From IMG/VR virus record IMGVR_UViG_2687453424_000001: a DNA stretch of 64,000 bases. One strand, given 5' to 3'. Source of the stretch: a virus. Lineage: Duplodnaviria > Heunggongvirae > Uroviricota > Caudoviricetes. This document shows positions 13,453 through 25,165 of this stretch, piece after piece. The translations under genes were made by a program, and so were the position numbers. Position 1 is the stretch's first letter; every line of letters starts with the position of its first letter. Under the pieces are notes generated by a model that saw nothing but the letters and a program-made list of their open reading frames with translations, was not told the origin of the DNA and did no database searches.

Positions 13453-13513
13453 GGTTTGTTTGGGTTTGTTTGTTTGTTTGTTTGTTTGGGGTTTTTGTTT
13501 GTTGGTGTTTTTT
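13453..13513. repeat. (GTTT)n-like microsatellite
   Basis: ggtttgtttgggtttgtttgtttgtttgtttgtttggggtttttgtttgttggtgttttttt. Confidence 0.9.
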
Positions 13514-14635
13514 TAATAGAAATAGTGACTCTCAAGTTCAGCATCTTAAAAGAGTCCTCAAATAGCAAGTGAGCTTGTTATCTGACTTCTGCTGGCTACC
13601 TAAAGAGTCCTAGTGTGTTTGGATGGGGAAATAACTCAAGATTACCTTTTTCTTTCTAGTAAGTAGACCCTTACGCAGATTCGATACTGCATTAATGAGA
13701 TAATGTTGAATCTGTTATGACTGCTCTATAATTAACTAGTTCTGGAAACTCGTCAGAGCATCGTAGCCTTCCTTCAGCTCATGTCTCTTTCTTTGTGAAG
13801 ACTCTGATGGTTTTTTTTTCTTTTTTCTTATTTGGCCAGGTCCAATTTAACAAAGGTTCGCTCTTTGATCACAGCACAGATTCACAAATGCTTGTGAGAG
13901 CACAAAAGAGAAGGATGTTGGAGAGCCCTAGGAGAGGAGCTGGTGCAGAGATGTTGCAGGTCTTGTGCCTTCCAGGTATTCTGCTTAAGTAAATGTCAGG
14001 TGACAAATGGCTGGAGCAAATGCTTTACTGGGCTGGCTTGTGCTTATATAAGCATAGACCTGTCCAGATTTCAGTAGAAAGGGGAATGCTCTTCTGCCTT
14101 CCTACAGGATTCCTCAGAGAACTTTGTCTTATAACCTCAAGTAAAGGAATTCCCCCTGCCCAGCTCTGAAGGCTCTGAATATCACTGAAGTGTCTGTAGA
14201 AGCTTAAAAGGTATGTCTCAAAGCCCCATTTATGTTAAAAATAATATGGAGGACCAAGAACACTAGAAACTTGACAAAACAGGTGGTCACAAAGTGATTG
14301 TTATTGTAATGCTTCCATACATCAGAACAGTAATAAGACTATATTTAAACATTTTCTGACTGTGGGATTTAGCTGTGTATTCAGCAGTGGAGTGCTCTGC
14401 AGCATTTGGTATGCTCCAGTATGACTCACTGGTGTAGGGAAATACCCAGGAGAAAGAATCGTGTTTGTTTATATTTTAATGTCTATTTGCATTTTCCTTT
14501 AATGGAAATGAATATATGAAAATTCACTGCCTTTATTGTAATAAAACATTCTTCATTAAAACTTACACTGTCAAGAAATTTGTGTTATAGATTTCAGGGT
14601 ATTGTCTCCAACAACAGGGAATATGGAATGCATTC

Positions 14636-14775
14636 AAAATCATAGAATCATAGAATGGTTTGACTTGAAAGGGATTTTAAAGAGCATCTGTTTCCAAACC
14701 CCCTGCCATAGGCAGGAACATCTTCTACTAGACTATGTTGCTCAAAGCCCCGTCCAATGTGACCTTGAAACAATA
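14636..14775 (-). mobile_element. CR1 LINE 3'-terminal fragment
   Basis: catagaatcatagaatggtttgacttgaaagggattttaaagagcatctgtttccaaaccccctgccataggcagg...ctcaaagccccgtccaatgtgaccttgaa is the reverse complement of the CR1 3' end (octamer repeats followed by the ggttggaagggacc...ccctgccatgggcagg block). Confidence 0.85.
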
Positions 14776-16059
14776 GGTTTTCAATTACTTATCCCTGAAA
14801 AACTAAAATAAATATTAAACGTTATGATAATTTGTGCTGTTAAAATCCTTTCATTTCTAATTGTCTATGCAACAATAGAATAGATACAAAAAAAAGGGTC
14901 AACATGAAAACTTTTTTCCAGAGCTTTTGCTATTGAGTCACAGTACAGTAATTCTTAATCTGAATTATTGAAGATAGCTTTCAGAGAGCTCTGGGTTTTT
15001 ATCAATAGTATCTGTTTATGACTTGGCTTTTTATTGGTCCTTGAAATTCTGAGCACATACAGGCCATTTTGCAACACAAGGCTTCAAAACAATGCATTTG
15101 ACAGTAGAGTGCTTCCATTATAATACGTTTTTTATGGTCTAGGATCTATCTGAAGCAGTAGTGGAAAACTCCTTTCAGAGGTTAAGAAATTGTTGATTAT
15201 ACTAGTGACAGCTGAAGTCAATCAGTCACAACAAAAATTGAGTTATCACGTCAGTTTGCAATAGGATTTCCTATGTGACAAGATTGCTCAGTTACATAAG
15301 AGATTCCCTGTGAAGCCATAAACGTTTGCATTTTAAAATGAAAATGCAATTAGAAATGCTCTTTAAAAAGTCAGCAATAACGTATTTGTTTATAGATGGG
15401 CTTTGTCTGATATATCAGGTTTTTACTGTGAAATCTTAGATATTTTAGCACAGTGATTTGACAGGCGTGCAGCTGTAGTCCACAGGCAATGACTTAATAG
15501 CCCGAACATTGAAAAACAAGGCATTATGTACCCTAATGATTTAAAGATTTGAGCTACAACTAATGAATGAAAATGAGTGCCAAATAAAATTTTTCCTTCT
15601 TGAATTATGTCTGTTCAAAGAAGAATTATCTGAAGTCATAGATCATCTTAAAATAGGTTGACTTGATTAACCAAGATATTTTAAAATGCCATTTATTTCT
15701 GTTATAGCAGGAAATTCTCAGAGTTTAAGGTTAAATTTTCCAACATGGAAAGGCATAAGCTATTCATGAAGTAGCAAAAGGAAAATAAGTGCAGGTGAAC
15801 ATGGTAACTTATAATATGACCAGCCCTTTAAACTTGCACATACAAAAAAATAAAAACTCTCCATTAAAAGGGTATGTATAAGAAAATACATGCAATTAAC
15901 CATACTTGGGATCTAGTTTAGAAAAAGCATGTAGACCTCTGTTTATCTTTAATAGGTGTTTAATTTCATAGTTATTTAGCAGAGCACATATATGTATTTA
16001 AAAGTATGTTTGTAGATAGTTTTTCTTGTGCAGACTTGAAAACTGTCCTGAAGTGCAGA

Positions 16060-16400
16060 TTCTAGGGAACGATTGACATGCTTGGACCTTCAAAGATCAT
16101 CTGGTACAGTCTGTATCACAAAGGAACATCTTCCACTAGATCAAGTTACTCAAAGCCCAGCCCAGTCCAGTCTGGCCTTGAACACCTCTCCAGGCAATGT
16201 GTTCCAGTGTCTCACCACCCCCATTGTGAAGAGTTTCTTCTTAATGTCCCATCTGAATCTACCCTTTTTCAGTTCAAAACCATTGCCCCTTGTCATGGCT
16301 TTTTTTCTGCTTTGTTTTCTTCTTCTGGCTGGTCTTAAAGGTACTCTAGGAGTGTATGAGTGCACCATTTATTCTTGCTTGCACACTTTTTCCTTCTGTT
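16060..16400 (-). mobile_element. CR1 LINE 3'-region fragment
   Basis: accttcaaagatcatctggtacag...catcttccactagatcaagttactcaaagcccagcccagtccagtctggccttgaacacctctccaggcaatgtgttccagtgtctcaccaccc...gaagagtttcttcttaatgtcccatctgaatctaccctttttcagttcaaaaccattgccccttgtc matches the antisense CR1 3' region. ORFs 16073..16402, 16078..16338 and 16150..16368 are translations of this repeat. Confidence 0.8.
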
Positions 16401-16579
16401 AAAGTTCTCTAGATCTCAGGGACTCTGCTTTTCCAATTCCGCATTCAAATGCCTGGCTGCTTTCGAGAGGAATTTTAAATCTTGCAGAATTCAATCACTT
16501 GGATCAAAGTTAGACAGACCTAGTCCCGGTTACAATGTGATCATGCTGTTGTCTTAAGCTATTCCCATTTGAATGGATA

Positions 16580-16915
16580 ATCATAGAATCATAGAATTGT
16601 AGAATAGTTAGGGTTGGAAAGGACCTTAAGATCATCTAGTTCCAGCCCCCTGCCATGGGCACGGACACCCCACACTAAACCATGTCACCCAAGGCTCTGT
16701 CCAACCTGGCCTTGAACACCGCCAGGGATGGAGCATTCGCAACTTCTCTGGGCAACCCATTCCAGTGCCTCACCACCCTCACAGTAACAACTTCTTCCTT
16801 ATATCCAATCTAAACTTCCCCTGTTTAATTTTGAACCCGTTACCCCTTGTCCTGTCACTACAGTCCCTAATGAGTAGGCCTTCTCCAGCATATCTATAGC
16901 CCCCCTAATAATCAT
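16580..16915 (-). mobile_element. CR1 LINE 3'-terminal fragment (about 330 bp), relatively well preserved
   Basis: atcatagaatcatagaattgtagaatagttagggttggaaaggaccttaagatcatctagttccagccccctgccatgggcacggacacc...ccattccagtgcctcaccaccctcacagtaacaacttcttcc...cccttgtcctgtcactacagtccc. Its reverse complement is about 93% identical by eye to the plus-strand copy at 45270-45597. Confidence 0.9.
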
Positions 16916-17869
16916 TAATATTTAACAGACTTCCCTTATCCCAGCCTTTGAAGATATTTGATACTGGATGGCCTCTTACTGACATGTGCAATGAGGCACT
17001 GAGTGACATGATTTCTTTGTGAGATCATCTAGAATTCAGAAGGTATACAAAAAAGAAGTTGTAAATTGTGATAGAAAGCGGAGACCAAATATTTCAGGCA
17101 AAGAATTTCTAATAATAGGAAGAAAAAACATTAAACTTAGGTCAAATGAAACAAGTCTCACAGCTTTTTTTCAGTGTAACTACTAATGAGAAATTAAAGA
17201 GAAGGCATTAGATGTAGTACATTTTAATTTCAATTAAAAACCCAATGCAGTGGCACATAAGATTAAAATTATTAGTTAAATGACAACTAGGAAAAAAACA
17301 TATCCCAGAACCCAATGGATTCATAAAAATTAGTGTAAACATAGAACAGTTATTTATTAGTTGTGTCATGGTATTGCTGAATGCTCAAGTTCAAAATAAT
17401 GAACAAACATAGTTTTCAAGTTTCCAGATATTTACATCTGGTGATTTCCAGTGTCTCAGCCATCATTAATCCATGGGACTGATATCTTACTGCATATCTT
17501 CTTTTTACTGCAGTTCTCCAGTTGTTAAGCTGCTTGTGGGAATATAGCAATATCATATATAAATGCTTTTATATATATATACTTGTATGTATGTGCATGT
17601 GTAATGGAGTATTTCTAGTGGCTGAAAGTGGAAAAGTCTTCAAGGAGAAAGAAAATATGGAGAGTAAAATGAGAGCAACTGATGAGATGGAGGAATTTGA
17701 AACAGAGAATGAGGGTAAAATAGTAGAATTAATACTTAAAACCATATAAATTTTATGTAGAGGATATTAGTTTTACTTGCTACCAGCAGCTTTGTGAAAC
17801 CAAGTGTCCTTCTGCTTCTGTTTGCCTATTTGTAAATTGGAAATACTTAGTGACAAGCTTTGAACTATA

Positions 17870-18190
17870 CTAGCAAGTAAAAAAAACAGAAAAAAGAGCA
17901 AGTTCATAATATCCTGTTCATAAAAAAAAGCCCCACTTATCCATGGGGAGAAATTAAACAACAGAGCACAGGGCCTATAGAATGAGTTAGTTGAGTAGGA
18001 ATAGAGAAGTGATAGTAGAAAGACATATGTAACAAGAACACAAAACATGTAAAACAAGAAAGAAAATAAGGATAATTAAAAAAAAAAACCAAGATAAATA
18101 AAACTGGGAAATAGAAACAGATAAAAGATGCAGAACTGGGGAGTGAACAAGGAAAACAAAGGAAGAAGTAGTGAAAGGTGAAAATACATC
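17870..18190 (+). repeat. Purine-rich (A/G) low-complexity tract; a second shorter block lies at about 17620-17750
   Basis: Plus strand is almost entirely A and G (e.g. aaaaaacagaaaaaagagcaag...gaaagaaaataaggataattaaaaaaaaaaccaagataaataaaactgggaaatagaaacagataaaagatgcagaactggggagtgaacaaggaaaacaaaggaagaagtagtgaaaggtgaaaa). This produces the F/L/S-rich minus-strand ORFs 17773..18057, 17937..18293 and 17987..18196. Confidence 0.85.
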
Positions 18191-19624
18191 TTCCAAACTG
18201 GTTTATTTTATTTGGACTATTCACATTTGTTCCAGTCTGCCTTCCCTGGGCTGCTTTTGGGTAGTGATTTATTGTACAGTCTTGTATTTCCAACAGTTTT
18301 TCTTTTCACTCTCCCAGTAGCAAAGCTTCTAAAAATGCTTCACCTCTAAAGATCCAGTTCACTAAAGGCTAGCCTTGTCCTCTGAAATATGCCATGAGAT
18401 CAGGACTGAGTAATGCTGTAGAGAGAAATGCTCACCCCTGTGGCCTGCTTGAGGCATGTTAGCTTGTAAAATTTACATCTAACACAGACTCTATGGAAAT
18501 TTCATGTTCTTCTGTAATAGCAGTAGAGTTTTCAAGAAAAATAAAACATTAGACAAACTGAAAATTAGTTTCTTTTCTCCCATGAAAATGTTGGGTCAGT
18601 GAAAAAATATTTCTCACTAATAAAAGTTCCTCTTCACATTTTCATTATTTCAAGTTTTGTGTTGGGTAGCACAGGATTTACGCTGTGGCATTTATACTCT
18701 CTTAGATACAAGAGATGTCTCACCTTCAACCTCCCACTGTTGCTGTCAGTTAGCCTTTGTGGGGTTAACAAGTCCAGTCTTTCTTAATAATTTAATCCTG
18801 CTTGCTCTGTAAAGTGTTCTGGATGGCTTTTTATCAACAACTTTCTTAGAAGGCTATATTCATTCCCAGCCTTGCGGCTTCACTTTCCCTGCCTTAATAG
18901 CTCTCTTTGGGGTAACATAATATTTCAGACTTAAATCTGAATCTTTTGGATACTGTTTGATGTGTGTGTTGCAGGGTTTTTTCCAGTATTACCATCATTT
19001 CCCTTGTCCTATTAGGCTTGTCATCTCCAGATGTCTTTTTCCTGAATCCCAATTTTTGTTAGTCAACCACAAAGCCCTCAAGGCTTCTCTCTTCATATCA
19101 TACATATATATTTTCTCATTTATCATGCTCCTTGCACTTAGATATTGAAATTCCAGTAAATTGCAGTCCTGTATTTAATCTGCTGCTTTTAATTTGCCTG
19201 TGGAAAGCCAGGTCAGTGTATAGTGTGTCAGGCAACGTGTCATTAACTCTGTTTGTAGTTCATTAAGGTTCTCCCTTGTGCTTTAGATACACTAATGCCA
19301 TATCTTTTCATTGGACATAAATGTCAAATTCACCTCTTTCCCTATTGAATCCTCACTGTATTTTCATTGCAAAGTTTTGAATCCTGTGGAGTTCCTTGTA
19401 TGTTAAGTGGCCAGACCAAGTCTCTTACAAAAGGTCTAATTCTGCAAAGGAGCTGAACATTATTACGCAGTATTGGAGGTGCTGGGAACTATGGTTCTCA
19501 GGACCTCTGAGCATATGTTCAGTGTCCTGCAAGACCATCTAAATATTTTGAGATTTGTCATGAAAAATGCAACCTGTAAAGCACTGTAGTATGTTGGTGT
19601 AAGCTTCTAAACCACTTTTGATGT

Positions 19625-20091
19625 GATGGATCAAATCTTCTACAGCATAGAGGAGGAGGGCCACAAAGATGATCAGAGGCTGGAGCACCTCTCCTGTGAA
19701 GACAGTCTGAGAGAGTTGGGCTTGTTCAGCCTGGAGAAGAGAAGGCTTCAGGGAGACCTTAAAGCAGCCTTCCAGTACTTAAAGGGGGCCTACAGGAAAT
19801 CTGGAGAGGATCTTTTTACAAGGGCATATAGGGATAGGACAAGGGGTCATGGCTTTAAACTGAAAGGGAGGAGATTTAACTATTAGGAAGAAATTCTTTA
19901 CTGTGAGGGTGGTGAGGCACTGGAACAGGTTGCTCAGAGAAGCTGTAGCTGCCCCATCACTGGGGCCAGGCTGGACAGGGCTTTGAGCAACCTCGTATAC
20001 TGGAAGCTGTCCCTGCCTATGGCAGGGGGGGTGGAAGTGGATGAGATTTAAGGTTTCTTCCAACCCAAACCATTCTGTGATTCTATGATAC
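19625..20091 (+). mobile_element. CR1 LINE fragment: ORF2 C-terminus plus 3' UTR (about 470 bp)
   Basis: Translation [67 protein letters not shown] matches the CR1 ORF2 C-terminus ([50 protein letters not shown]..[14 protein letters not shown]). Downstream follows ...aggaagaaattctttactgtgagggtggtgaggcactggaacaggttgc...ccaaaccattctgtgattctatgata. Confidence 0.92.
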
Positions 20092-21248
20092 TTAACTGAA
20101 ATGTTGTTAATAGATCACAACTCAGTACGGTGAGGCACAGCAGAGCAAGCTCTGCCTGGGTGACTGATGTGAAAACAATGGTAAATGAGGACAAATGAGA
20201 AGTACCAGGAGGCAAGAGACAATGCTGAGCAGAATGAGAAACTACAGTCTTGGTGTGACAATGGCCTGGTCACTGTTGGCATTTGGTGGAATCCTGTGAA
20301 AGACAGTGCTTGCTGCCCTGCTCTGCGGAAGTATGTGGATCCATCAGCCCCATGCAGCACATTGCTAGTTGCCTGGCTGCTGCACCGTCATTGTTGGCCT
20401 TTCCATACCAAGTGACAGATGATCAAGTAGCATGCGTTTAGTGTGGTAGAGACAAAGGAGGTTATGGAGCCATAGAGAGGCCTTACGTTTTTCCATGATA
20501 ATGGAGAAAAGAGCTGTATGGGGGTGGGAACTAATACTAAGAATCAGCTCCAGCCTTCCAAGTGTTCCCTGTGGTGAGAAGGAAATACCAGAGAAGGTCT
20601 GCCTTGGCCAGATACAGGCCTGTCTCTGGAGGCTGTCTGTAAATTGTCTGCCAAGAAATCAGCTTAATGTACTTAATTTCACGGTGAATATATGAAGTAG
20701 AGCTGGAAAAACAGGCACCTGCTTCCTACCTTCAGTGTAGCATCATTCAGATTCTCAAGAAATTTGATATGAAACCATGCTGAATAAATGATTGTCAGTT
20801 TTTTCTTCAGACGATTTAGCTGGTATTAAAGAGCCCGTGGTATGGGTCCATGGCACAACATCATGCCCTGTAAGGTTTGGAGAACATCTGTCAATGAATG
20901 AGGCCAAGCTCTGGAATGAACTTGCTGCTCCATGTGACTGGTGAGGCTTTGCTGGGCACAACTGTTAAGGGTCCCTTCTGCCTCTGCTAGCCCAGGTGGT
21001 GTCTGCAGAGCCAGCTGTGTATCTTCACAGCATTGTATTGCTCTCCTCCTACACAACCCTGCATATTTGTAAAATATGGGCCAAGAGGTAGATCAAAAGA
21101 GAAAGAGTAGACCAAACCTAGTCAATACTGTTGCTACACCTATGTGAAAGTGCATGAAACTCTCAGGCAAGTGAAAACATCAGCTGGACAGTTTTGGGTT
21201 GTCTGATGCTTCTTTATATACTGGGGAAATAAAAATTGTATTTTCTTA

Positions 21249-21350
21249 CATAGTCATAGACTCATGGTATCAACTAGGTTGGAAAAGACTTTTAACATCA
21301 TCAAGTCTAACCATTACCCCAGGATTGCCAAGGTTTCCTTTTGCTCACAG
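21249..21350 (-). mobile_element. Probable diverged CR1 3'-terminal fragment
   Basis: catagtcatagactcatggtatcaactaggttggaaaagacttttaacatcatcaagtctaacc resembles the antisense CR1 terminus (catagaatcatagaat...ggttggaagggaccttaaagatcatctagtccaacc) but is diverged. Confidence 0.5.
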
Positions 21351-21790
21351 TTATGCACGTGGGGAAGTACAAAATGCATACATAGAACGGGAAAACTAAA
21401 CTATCAAGTTTTCATCAGGTAACATGCTTCTGAAGGCTACATGGTGCAAATAAGATGTCACAGGAAACTAGTATTTTTTATTTTCACCATAATGTGTTCC
21501 TGCTGGAAGACCATGAGAACAAATAAGCAGTAAAACATCTGTTAAAAAAAATAAAAAAAGGAAAAATATTTCATTAGGACCTTGCTGATTTAGGTGGCTG
21601 GATGAGGGAGCACTTATGTATATCTAAGATATTTGTTTCCTCTAAAGTCCAAATGTGAGGAAGTGTGCATGTTGCCACACATATAAAAATGTGACTGAAG
21701 TTCTTGCATAACAATACCTTGGCAGCCAGTGGGAGATATTATCCAGGCACTTGCCCACTGCCTTTTACAGATGCTGCAGGAAATTCCAGT

Positions 21791-21805
21791 CTTTTTTTTT
21801 TTTTT
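21791..21805. repeat. Poly(T) homopolymer (T15)
   Basis: tttttttttttttttcccct seen directly. Confidence 0.95.
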
Positions 21806-21888
21806 CCCCTCTTTTCACCTAGAAATTTAATTTTGTATCTGAAACCTGTAATCATGTTACGGTTCTCTATTTGCAAATGTTTCAAACT

Positions 21889-21908
21889 GGGGGGGGGGAG
21901 GGGGGTGG
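21889..21908. repeat. G-run (G10 A G6 T GG)
   Basis: ggggggggggaggggggtgg seen directly; homopolymer G tract with G-quadruplex-compatible composition. Confidence 0.9.
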
Positions 21909-23474
21909 AAAGCATGATTGGAGATTTGCATTTTCTAAGAGCACCTTTTCTGTTCCAGACCTGTAATTGTTCATCATTCCTAATTGCAGACTGTAAATTA
22001 TATGAATAGCTGCCTTTTTTATTCAGAAAACCACATGTTCTGTTCAACTGAAATGCACATTTTTGGGACTGTAGCCCCAAATCTATAAATCAATGTTAAT
22101 TTTGCATACTGAATAACTTGGTTTTCTTATTGAGCTTTCGATTCTCCACACAGAATATATTAATGTAGTCTACACTGAAGCTTTATTTGAGTGTGAGGCA
22201 TCCTCTGCCAACTGTGTAGAAGACTTGGAAGATAAATTTCTTGAAAAAGCTGTACCTTAAATCCCTATGTTTTGAACTGTATATAGGAACCAAAGAAGTT
22301 CTTTTCTGAAGATTCATCTAAAATTGTAGCAGTTTGAGATTTCTGATGAATCTTCAGATCAACAAGATACAAGTTTTAAAAAAATCCATTTCAGATCAAC
22401 AAGATTACCCTGAAAATTTGCTTTAGATTTAGAGCTGTAGCTTTCCCTTTCTTCTAACTACTTGAGACTCAGTGTATGAGGGAACACAGATGCTCCTTGA
22501 ATAATTTTGAAGTGAAATACTTAGTGGATTAGGAAACAAAACAGGTTGTGGCATCAAAATTAATAGTGAAATGTACATTTAAATAAACCGTGAGCTAAAT
22601 TCAACAGGAATAGACAACATCTATCAAGTTGGGCTGGTTTAGAAAAATGGAACATCGCACAGTTTTCATCAAGAAGTAGTGAGGGAAAAGACACTTGTCT
22701 TTCCCAGGAAAGTAGCTGTTAATTTTTGTGCCTCTTTATAAAATGTATGTTTATAAAATGTACTCCAGGCAAATGCAAGCTCTCTTTGAGCTGACCCGAA
22801 GTTGTGCAATTGCCAAGATAAATCTAATAACTGCTGACAAGAGAGTTTTTATCTCAGTTTATTAGCTTGAGTTTGGAGTCACACTGCAGTGGCTGCACAG
22901 GCTTCTTTGGGTCACAACAAATTCAGATAAGGTAGTGACCCCCGTTGTGGATAAAGATGTCAGATGCTCTAATTTGGCAGTTTGCATGTGCTACAAGAAA
23001 CATTTAAAATCTCTGAAATAATAATGTGCTGCAGGAAAACAAACAGTTTTCATTGCTGGTGTTCTTGAATGCTGTGTTACATGCTTGTAATGCAAAAATA
23101 AACATAACACAAACATAAAAAAACGTAAGATGATATGATCCTAAATATAATCTCCCCTTTTCGAGAGCATTAGATGGTAGCAGTGAGAGAAGACCTATGA
23201 GGGGTTGAAATTATGCCAAGTGGAAAATGTCACCCAAATTTGCCATGTCTAATATTGTCATCTGAGATTGATAGAATGAATAAGTTTGGGTAATAAATGT
23301 TATAAAGCTAACATAATAAATAATTTGCTGCCAAATTATTTATTAAATAAATACAGTAGCATAATGGTAAAAAAATTAAGAAAATTATGATTTTCATTCA
23401 TGTAATCTCATTTGCTTTCTTTAGTTGCTTTTCTTTGAATTCTCAGGTTGATGACTACAGAATGATATGTTGAA

Positions 23475-23534
23475 ATTAAACCCACTCAAAAATTAAACTT
23501 AAACCCACTTAAAATTAAACCCAGTCAAAAATGA
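23475..23534. repeat. Short degenerate tandem repeat (about 3 copies of a roughly 19-bp unit)
   Basis: aaattaaacccactcaaaaattaaacttaaacccacttaaaattaaacccagtcaaaaatga. Confidence 0.7.
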
Positions 23535-24849
23535 TGGCAGAATTTTGTCTAGCTTTAGCTTAGAATTATTTAATTTTTGAAGCCTTGATTCTGCCACCAG
23601 TGAGAAGAGAATGTAATATGTAGATTCTGTCATTCTTTGCTAAAGCCAGTCTCTCAGACAGCTAAATTCCATGTTCATGTGTCTGTAATGCTGAAATTTC
23701 AGCTTAGATGTGTTTTCCTTCTGCCTTGTGTCCCTTTAATCATAAAAGTATTGGTATTAAACTACTGGCATCACTGAAAGTGCCATCCCTTTCAGCTGAC
23801 TAAAACGAGTCACTGTCTTTTTTTCTATACTTGGACATCACATAGCCCTAGAGATCAGTTTATATGACAAATAAGCTGTCACTCAAGTAAAAATAAATCT
23901 TGCTGAAAATACCTTCCATGCTGTTGTCCATGTTGACAAATAATATGACAGAGATGATGGATAATGTGGGTTCTCATTAAATTTTGATCATGTAGTTGTA
24001 TCTTATCTTTGGATTTTCTTGAGTAATTTTATCCTGTATTCAGATCAGGTTTTACTATCTCCTCAATATCCAAAGCTGTCTGTCTTCTGTCTCTGAAGTC
24101 CAAGACAAGAGTCAAGAATTACTGGCAACTTAAGCTAAATCCTGAACTTCATAGTAAAACTGCATCTGTCTTTACTCAGGATATAAGGGGTGAAGGCCTG
24201 AGCTCCTAATGGTAGAATATCTACTTTGTGCATGAAAACTGGAATAGAGTGGTACTGCTCTCTGTGAAAGAAATGCTGAGGTGCAGCTGCAGCTGCCCCA
24301 CAGCTTCCAGGCTTTGACCAGGGTGAAAGGAGCTTCACTGTCCATCCTTTTCTGGATCATATTTCTCTTTTTATAGCAGATTTCACTCAACAATGTTAAA
24401 CACTATCAGGATGGCAGCACTGGGAAACATAGATTCTTTAACAGTCAGAAATCATTGGTCAGATAGCAAGACACCCTCCCTATCAGTGCAGTACACGAAT
24501 CAGGAAAGATCATGTAGTAGACACCTGTCTGAGGTAGTGGTGGACAAGCTATCCGCAGACATTTCTGTTATCATGATATAGTTGAGGAGTGGACAGAGAT
24601 CCCTCAAACCTGGCCTTGATACATGTTTTACCTGGATTGTAGGGGAAATGATCCACACTCTGTTTAACTGCGTATGTAGAGATAAGGTGGAACAGAACAT
24701 CAATTAAAATTATTTATCTTTAGCAAAGAGGAATAGAAAATTGAATCTTGCAAGGCGCAGACCAGAAGAAGTAGTTAAAGTACTAGAACAAACAATGAGG
24801 TGGACTGTCTGCAAGTTTTTAAAAGAGATTAATGCAGAAAAGCGGTATG

Positions 24850-25165
24850 GATTCATAAAAATAAATCATGTCAAGCTAACTTGGTTTCTGCCTTTGATGA
24901 GATAATAAGCTTCATAGAAAAGAGAAATAAAGGGGACATATCTCTTGACTTCAGCAAAGCATTTGACATTACTCCACATCAGAAAAAAAGCAGTGTGGTT
25001 AATGCTTTTGAAATTGTTAGACAGATGGCTGACTAACCACAATTGAAGAGTCATTATTAATGCAGCTCAGGCAAACTGCAAAGTGCACTCACATCATAGA
25101 AGGATTGGTGCTTTATCTAGCATTAAACAGATACAGATATTCACCATATCCCCACAAAAATAGCT
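24850..25165 (+). mobile_element. Old, diverged LINE (CR1/L2-type) reverse-transcriptase fragment
   Basis: Plus-strand translation from about 24869: [37 protein letters not shown], matching RT block [39 protein letters not shown]. Downstream, frameshifted RVIINAAQ...RRIGALSSIKQIQIFTIS resembles RVVINGS...PQGSVLGPVLFNIFINDL. Multiple stops and frameshifts; no recognisable CR1 3' tail nearby. Confidence 0.65.

Noticed and set aside
16073-16402. 109-aa plus-strand ORF and two overlapping ORFs (16078..16338 +, 16150..16368 -)
   Set aside because: These are antisense or frameshifted translations of the CR1 3' region at 16060-16400, not host genes.
17773-18293. Three overlapping minus-strand ORFs rich in F, L and S
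   Set aside because: Produced by the purine-rich low-complexity tract on the plus strand; compositional artefact.
20100-21060. Moderately GC-rich segment just downstream of the CR1 copy at 19625-20091, considered as a possible additional repeat or LTR
   Set aside because: I could not match it to any family from memory and found no diagnostic motif; left unannotated pending a repeat-library search.
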